Position numbers and translations under genes: made by a program. DNA of 64,000 bases from positions 5,543 through 69,542 of the forward strand of contig CAVDXG010000002.1 of NCBI GenBank assembly GCA_963612925.1, written 5' to 3'. Under the pieces are notes generated by a model. That model was not told where the DNA came from. It made no database searches and saw only the letters and a list, made by a program, of their open reading frames with translations. Shown piece after piece: positions 58,309 to 64,000 of the stretch; position 1 is the stretch's first letter, and each line of letters opens with the position of its first letter. This DNA is from Coriobacteriaceae bacterium. GTDB taxonomy: Bacteria > Bacillota_I > Bacilli_A > RFN20 > CAG-826.

Positions 58309-59436
58309 ATGTCAGAAAAATTAGTTGCGATGATTCTTGCTGGAGGTAAGGGAACTCGTCTTGAGGCTTTGACCAAAAAGATTGCCAAGCCTGCGGTAAG
58401 TTTTGGTGCGAAATATCGCATCATTGATTTCCCTTTATCCAATTGCGCGAACTCAGGAATCAATGTTGTTGGAGTGCTCATGCAATATGAATCTGTTGCC
58501 TTAGATCAATATGTCGGTAACGGCGGTAAGTGGGGACTTAACGGAGTGCGTTCGTTTACAACAACTTTAACACCTCGGCAAACCGAGGAAGGATTGAGTT
58601 GGTTTAAAGGAACTGCTGATGCTATTTATTGCAATCTCGATTTCCTTGATTCGGTTGATCCAGAGTATGTTTTAATCCTTTCTGGAGACCATATTTATTC
58701 GACAACTTATGATGAAATGCTTAAACAACACGAAGAAAATAATGCTGACTGCACAATTTCTGTTTATCAAGTTCCAATTGAAGAAGCTTCCAGATTTGGC
58801 ATTTTAGTTACTGACAAAAAGCAACAAATCGTCGATTTCGTCGAAAAGCCAGCTCATCCGACTAGCAATTTGGCGAGCATGGGCATTTATATTTTCAAAT
58901 ATAAAGTATTGAAAAAATACTTGCTAGAGGACGCGAAAGATGAAAAATCCTCGCACGATTTTGGCAAGAACATCATTCCAACGATGTTAAAAGATAATCG
59001 CAAGATGATGGCTTATGTTTATAAAGGTTATTGGAAAGATGTTGGAACAATCGCCTCGCTTCACGAAGCGAACATGGATTTATTGAAAAAAGGTTCCACT
59101 CTTGATGAACTCACTAGTGGTAATCGCATTTATAGTGAGGACACCAATTCTCATCCTCAATATATTGGTGAGAACGCTTCTGTGAGCGAATCGCTCATCA
59201 ACCAAGGAGCGGTTGTTTTAGGAAATGTTAAAAAATCGGTCATCTCTAACGAAGTTTTAATTGAAGAAAATGCGAATGTTGAAAATTCAGTTTTGATGAC
59301 TGGCGCAATCGTTCGTAAAGGAGCGACAGTTAAAAATGCGGTCGTTGCTCCGAATTCAATTATTTATGAAAATGATGTCGTTGGTTCAGATGAAGTAACT
59401 CTTTATGCAAAAAGGACGGTGAGAGCTCATGAGTAA
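58309..59436 (+). CDS. glgC: Glucose-1-phosphate adenylyltransferase
   Basis: ILAGGKGTRLEALTKKIAKPAVSFGAKYRIIDFPLSNCANSGI. Confidence 0.93.
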   Translation: MSEKLVAMILAGGKGTRLEALTKKIAKPAVSFGAKYRIIDFPLSNCANSGINVVGVLMQYESVALDQYVGNGGKWGLNGVRSFTTTLTPRQTEEGLSWFKGTADAIYCNLDFLDSVDPEYVLILSGDHIYSTTYDEMLKQHEENNADCTISVYQVPIEEASRFGILVTDKKQQIVDFVEKPAHPTSNLASMGIYIFKYKVLKKYLLEDAKDEKSSHDFGKNIIPTMLKDNRKMMAYVYKGYWKDVGTIASLHEANMDLLKKGSTLDELTSGNRIYSEDTNSHPQYIGENASVSESLINQGAVVLGNVKKSVISNEVLIEENANVENSVLMTGAIVRKGATVKNAVVAPNSIIYENDVVGSDEVTLYAKRTVRAHE

Positions 59437-60562
59437 AAATGTCATTGGTTTTTTAAATTTATACAATTCGCCAAATCTTGGACCTTTAACCGAGAAAAGA
59501 ACGCTCGGCTCAACTTCCTTTTTAGGTCGATTTGCTTTGATGGATTTCCCACTTTCTTGCTTCACTAATTCCGGGATTGATGGAATCAATATCCTTGTTA
59601 AAGATAACTTCCGAAGCGTTTCTAAACATGTCGGTTCGCTTAAAACTTGGGTGAACAACACTAAGCGCGGAATGCAAAATATTTTATTGAATGAAAAAGG
59701 CATTCGAAATCCAAAAGATAACACCGATTTAAAATGCTTATTGCAAAATGACTGGGTTTTACTTGAAAGTAAACCTGACGCAATCGCTCTTTTAAGCGCG
59801 CACATCCTTACTCAACTTGATTTAAAGCCGGTCATTGAAGAACATTTTAAAAATGAAGCCGATATCACTTTAATTTATAAAAACATCGATGATGCTGATG
59901 TTTCATTTTCTTCAAGCAACATCGTTAAAGTGAAGGATGGTTTAATCGTTGGCCACAGAAAGAATAATTCCAAAACTAAAAAGGCAAGCGTTTCTTTAGA
60001 AGCTTATATTATCTCAATAAACGCCGTTCAAATGATTTTTCACAACAAAGAATACATGAAACTATCTTCTTTGAAGAAAGTTATTGAAAAAATAGTTTCT
60101 TCCAAAGCGATGGATGTCCACGCCTATGAATACAAAGGCTACGCCAGATGCTTTGATAGCTTTAAACATTTTGTCAATTATTCATTTGAGCTTTTAGATT
60201 ATGATGTTTCTAAAACTTTATTTGGCAAGACCATCGATAAGGATGCGTGGCCAATTTATACTTTGACTCATAATACGCCTCCAACTCTTTATGGCGAAAA
60301 AGCAAAAGTTAAAAATTCTTTCATTGCTAATGGAGCGTTTATTGAAGGGACAGTTGAAAACTCAATTATTTCCCGTTATGTCACTGTTGGAAAAGGAGCG
60401 GTGGTTAAAAATTCCATCATTTTAACTGGAACTACGATTGATAAAGGTGCAAAAGTTAACAATGTTTTAATCGATAAATACTCAACAGTTTCTCCAAAAG
60501 TTGTAATTGGAGGTAAAAAAGAGAGTCCGTTATATCTAGAACAAGGAAGTTTAATTAAATGA
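59429..60562 (+). CDS. glgD: Glucose-1-phosphate adenylyltransferase regulatory subunit GlgD
   Basis: GlgC paralogue lacking the GGxGxRL motif (LGPLTEKRTLGSTSFLGRFALMDFPLS). It follows glgC as in Bacillota. Confidence 0.85.
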   Translation: MSKNVIGFLNLYNSPNLGPLTEKRTLGSTSFLGRFALMDFPLSCFTNSGIDGINILVKDNFRSVSKHVGSLKTWVNNTKRGMQNILLNEKGIRNPKDNTDLKCLLQNDWVLLESKPDAIALLSAHILTQLDLKPVIEEHFKNEADITLIYKNIDDADVSFSSSNIVKVKDGLIVGHRKNNSKTKKASVSLEAYIISINAVQMIFHNKEYMKLSSLKKVIEKIVSSKAMDVHAYEYKGYARCFDSFKHFVNYSFELLDYDVSKTLFGKTIDKDAWPIYTLTHNTPPTLYGEKAKVKNSFIANGAFIEGTVENSIISRYVTVGKGAVVKNSIILTGTTIDKGAKVNNVLIDKYSTVSPKVVIGGKKESPLYLEQGSLIK

Positions 60563-61992
60563 AGATAGCGATGATTACTAGCGAGGCTAACCCTCTTTCA
60601 AAAAGCGGTGGTTTAGGTGATGTCACCTATTCTTTGTCACGCGAACTCAATAAATTTGATCACGAAACTATTATCATTACTCCTTTTTATAAATCAGTGA
60701 AAAATAAACCTTACAAGTTTGACTATATCGGCTATTTTTATGTCGATATGTCTTGGAGACATCAATATGTCGGCATCTTTAAAACGCATATTGATGGGAT
60801 AAATTATTATCTTATTGATAATGAATATTATTTTCTAAGAGATTCTTTATATGGCTATGATGATGATAATGAGCGTTTTGCTTATTTCTCTTTAGCATCA
60901 TTAGAGCTATTGAAATACATTTCTTTTAAAGCAGACATTGTTCATGTTCACGATTGGCAAGGCGGAATGATTCCTTGTCTATTAAAAGAGAGATTTTGCC
61001 ATGATGATTTCTATAAAAATATCCACAGCGTTTTAACGATTCATAATCCAGCTTTTAAGGGATTGATGGATAGATATTATCTAGCCAATTATTATGGACT
61101 TAGCGATGAATTATTTGATTCAGGGAAAGTGCGTTTTGAAAATGCGGTGTCCACGCTTAAAAGTGCCATCGTCTACGCCGATAAAATAGTCGCAGTTTCA
61201 CCAAACCATCGCAATGAATTATTAGATCCTGCCTTTTCACATGGGCTTGATAATGTATTGCGACTTCGCGAATATGATTTTGCTGGCATTGTAAATGGCA
61301 TCGATGTTGTGGAATTTAATCCCGAAACCGATCCAAAGATTGCTGCCAATTTTTCTCTTACAAATTTCACAACTAAGAAATTAGAAGATAAAAAAGATTT
61401 ATTTAAATCTTTTAATGTTGATTATGTTGATGGGCCTACATTTGGACTTGTCAGTCGCCTTACTTATCAAAAAGGTATCGATTTAATCTTCCAAAACATC
61501 GAATATCTCCTTTATAAAGGAGGAAATATTTTCATTCTTGGAAGTGGCGAATACGATTTAGAAAGTCGTTTTCAAGCTTTTCGCGATAAATTTCCGAATA
61601 GAATCGGCTTATATATAGGCTATAATGATATGCTCGCTCATAAGGTTTATGGCGGGTGTGACTTCTTTTTAATGCCATCATTATTTGAACCTTGTGGCAT
61701 TGGACAACTCTTAGCTCAGCGATATGCTACCTTACCAATTGTCCGCAATGTAGGTGGCTTAGTCGATACAGTTCTAGGTTATGATGGCGTAAATGAAAAC
61801 GAAGCCAACGGATTGTCTTTCAATGATTATTCCGGTTTAGCATTAGGCGATGCGATTAGACGTGCTTTTGATATCTATTATGATAAGCGTCTACTTAAAA
61901 AGCTGCGTTTGAATTGCTTAAAACTTGACCGTTCGTGGACTAAATCGATGAATGAATATCTTTCTATCTACAAAGGGGCTAGCGAAAAATGA
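60559..61992 (+). CDS. glgA: Glycogen synthase (GT5)
   Basis: [16 protein letters not shown]-terminal motif, 477 aa. Confidence 0.93.
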   Translation: MKIAMITSEANPLSKSGGLGDVTYSLSRELNKFDHETIIITPFYKSVKNKPYKFDYIGYFYVDMSWRHQYVGIFKTHIDGINYYLIDNEYYFLRDSLYGYDDDNERFAYFSLASLELLKYISFKADIVHVHDWQGGMIPCLLKERFCHDDFYKNIHSVLTIHNPAFKGLMDRYYLANYYGLSDELFDSGKVRFENAVSTLKSAIVYADKIVAVSPNHRNELLDPAFSHGLDNVLRLREYDFAGIVNGIDVVEFNPETDPKIAANFSLTNFTTKKLEDKKDLFKSFNVDYVDGPTFGLVSRLTYQKGIDLIFQNIEYLLYKGGNIFILGSGEYDLESRFQAFRDKFPNRIGLYIGYNDMLAHKVYGGCDFFLMPSLFEPCGIGQLLAQRYATLPIVRNVGGLVDTVLGYDGVNENEANGLSFNDYSGLALGDAIRRAFDIYYDKRLLKKLRLNCLKLDRSWTKSMNEYLSIYKGASEK

Positions 61993-64000
61993 ACTATGAT
62001 CATAAAGCCATTGAAGATAAGTGGCGGAAAATATACGAAGATAAAAAACCTTTTTATTGCGATGTCTACGATTTTAGTAAGCCTAAATATTATGTGCTAG
62101 ACATGTTTCCTTATCCTAGTGGGCAAGGTTTACATGTCGGCCATCCTGAAGGCTATACGGCGACAGATATTATCGCCCGTATGAAACGCATGCAGGGATT
62201 TAATGTACTTCATCCGATGGGATGGGATTCTTTTGGTTTACCAGCCGAACAATTTGCAATTAAAAATAATCGTCATCCAGATGAATTCACTCAAGCAAAT
62301 ATCAAAAATTTTAAACGTCAAATAAATAGCTTAGGCTTCTCTTATGATTGGAGCAAAGAAATTGCAACTTCTGATCCATCTTTTTATAAATGGACTCAAT
62401 GGATATTCACTGAACTTTATAAAAGCGATTTGGCCTATGTTAGCAACATCAATGTCAATTTCTGCCCAGAACTTGGCACAGTTTTAGCTAATGAAGAAGT
62501 TATCGATGGCAAAAGTGAACGCGGTGGCTATCCCGTCATCAAGATGCCGATGCGTCAATGGGTTCTTTCAATTACTAAATACGCCGATAAACTTTTAGAT
62601 GGTCTTTCCCTTCTTGATTGGCCTAAGTCCACCCTTGCTATGCAAGAAAACTGGATTGGCAAAAGTAGCGGTGCGGAAGTCATCTTTAACATTGTTGGCT
62701 TTGAGAAGACTTTTTCGATATTTACTACTCGTGTCGATACGCTTTTTGGTTGCACCTATTGTTGCTTAGCGCCTGAACATCCGCTTGTAAAAGAAATCAC
62801 TACTTCTTCACAAAGACAAGAAGTCGAAGATTATATCGAAAAAATTAAAAATAAGTCCGACATGGAAAGGACCGAACTCAACAAAGATAAAAGCGGTGTT
62901 TTCACCGGAGCTTATGCAATTAATCCGATAAACAATAAGAAAGTTCCGATTTATATCGCTGATTATGTTTTGTATGGCTATGGTAGCGGAGCCGTTATGG
63001 CGGTTCCTGCTCACGACCAAAGAGATTATGAATTTGCTAAAAAACATAATTTAGAGATGATTCAAGTTCTTGGTGGCGACATATCTAAAGAAGCGATGGT
63101 TAATGATGGAAAGCACATCAACTCTAGCTTTGCTGATGGCTTAAATATTAAAGATGCGAAAGCAGCGATTTTAGCGAAGCTAATTGAATTAAATAAAGGA
63201 AAAGAGAAGATAAATTATCGTCTCCGAGATTGGGTATTTTCCCGACAACGATATTGGGGTGATCCAATTCCAGTTGTCTATATGGATGATGGCTCAACAT
63301 ATGTTTTAGATAAATCAGAACTTCCTTTGACTTTGCCAACGCTAGATAAATATGCGCCAAGTGGCGATGGATATTCTCCACTTAAAAATGCCACTGATTG
63401 GCTAAATGTGACTATCAACGGAAAACATGGAGTTCGCGAAACTAATACTATGCCTCAATGGGCGGGTTCGTGTTGGTACTATATTCGTTATCTCGACCCG
63501 CATAACAATGAATGTTTTGCGGATCCAAAACTTATTAAGCATTGGCTACCTGTTGATTTATATATCGGCGGAGCCGAACATGCGGTTTTGCATTTACTTT
63601 ATTCGCGTTTTTGGCATAAATTCCTCTATGACAAAGGTTATGTTTTTTCAAAAGAACCATATCAAAAATTATTCCATCAAGGGATGATTTTGGGTGAAAA
63701 CGGCGAGAAGATGTCTAAATCGCGAGGAAATGTCATTAATCCTGATGAGATTGTCGCTAATTATGGGGCCGATTCACTTCGCTTATTTGAAATGTTTGCT
63801 GGACCATTAGAGGAATCTTTCCCTTGGTCGACAAAAGGCATCATCGGGGCTAGAAGATTTATCGAACGCGTCTATCGACTTTATACTGACGAAGAAAATT
63901 TAGCTAAATTTAGCGAGACTAATTCGCATGAACTAGACTTTGCTTATAATGCCAGCGTGAAAAAGATTACTAACGATTTTGAAAATCTTCAAATTAACAC
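61989..64000 (+). CDS. leuS: Leucine--tRNA ligase (N-terminal ~670 aa; continues beyond window end)
   Basis: [17 protein letters not shown] (HIGH motif) and EKMSKSRGN (KMSKS motif). The frame is open to position 64000. Confidence 0.95.
   Translation, partial: MNYDHKAIEDKWRKIYEDKKPFYCDVYDFSKPKYYVLDMFPYPSGQGLHVGHPEGYTATDIIARMKRMQGFNVLHPMGWDSFGLPAEQFAIKNNRHPDEFTQANIKNFKRQINSLGFSYDWSKEIATSDPSFYKWTQWIFTELYKSDLAYVSNINVNFCPELGTVLANEEVIDGKSERGGYPVIKMPMRQWVLSITKYADKLLDGLSLLDWPKSTLAMQENWIGKSSGAEVIFNIVGFEKTFSIFTTRVDTLFGCTYCCLAPEHPLVKEITTSSQRQEVEDYIEKIKNKSDMERTELNKDKSGVFTGAYAINPINNKKVPIYIADYVLYGYGSGAVMAVPAHDQRDYEFAKKHNLEMIQVLGGDISKEAMVNDGKHINSSFADGLNIKDAKAAILAKLIELNKGKEKINYRLRDWVFSRQRYWGDPIPVVYMDDGSTYVLDKSELPLTLPTLDKYAPSGDGYSPLKNATDWLNVTINGKHGVRETNTMPQWAGSCWYYIRYLDPHNNECFADPKLIKHWLPVDLYIGGAEHAVLHLLYSRFWHKFLYDKGYVFSKEPYQKLFHQGMILGENGEKMSKSRGNVINPDEIVANYGADSLRLFEMFAGPLEESFPWSTKGIIGARRFIERVYRLYTDEENLAKFSETNSHELDFAYNASVKKITNDFENLQIN

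Noticed and set aside
62555-63687. ORFs 62555-62755, 62808-63047 and 63148-63381 (minus) and 63427-63687 (plus)
   Set aside because: All fall within the continuous leuS reading frame, which carries the HIGH and KMSKS motifs. The track omits leuS only because it runs off the window.

Overview
AT-rich, tightly packed bacterial chromosome segment. It uses the standard code: TGA ends conserved genes at their expected lengths, e.g. 4521-4523, 36879-36881 and 61990-61992. I call about 60 protein-coding genes, mostly on the + strand. I saw no rRNA, tRNA, CRISPR array, transposase or integrase.

The gene content suggests an Acholeplasma-like Mycoplasmatota or a related low-GC Bacillota lineage. This is inference only. 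The hints are a lipobox on the ATP synthase b subunit, a Ser/Thr kinase without PASTA repeats, a PPi-type phosphofructokinase signature, a GT4 glycosyltransferase pair and a CrtI-like gene.

Layout:
- 1-3081: a nuclease gene with a disrupted 5' end, glpK, and an unknown gene tightly linked to glpK.
- 3315-28390: a roughly 25 kb accessory catabolic and transport island. It holds a lactonase, three alpha/beta-hydrolases, a ChbG-type deacetylase, a MATE pump, a Gfo/Idh/MocA oxidoreductase, two LysR regulators, an Opp/Dpp-type ABC importer whose binding protein has an unusual repeat-bearing C-terminal extension, an active plus degenerate MBL-fold pair, a GH3 glycosidase, a DASS-type permease and beta-phosphoglucomutase.
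- 28451-34637: a nucleoside kinase, a CrtI-like oxidoreductase, a single AAA-ATPase/DUF4143-type gene bracketed by 61-bp direct repeats, and pfk.
- 34770-64000: core genes. These are atpIBEFHAGDC, glycolipid-type GTs, ppa, trmL, an rqcH-like gene, gmk, the priA-rsmB-like-rlmN-stp-prkC-rsgA-rpe cluster, rpmB, glgCDA and the 5' two-thirds of leuS.

The most unusual item is the repeat-bracketed ATPase/nuclease-like cassette at 31718-33198. Next are the uncharacterised catabolic island and several apparent pseudo-enzymes: an MBL paralogue, an RsmB-like protein, an RqcH-like protein and a degenerate OppF signature motif.
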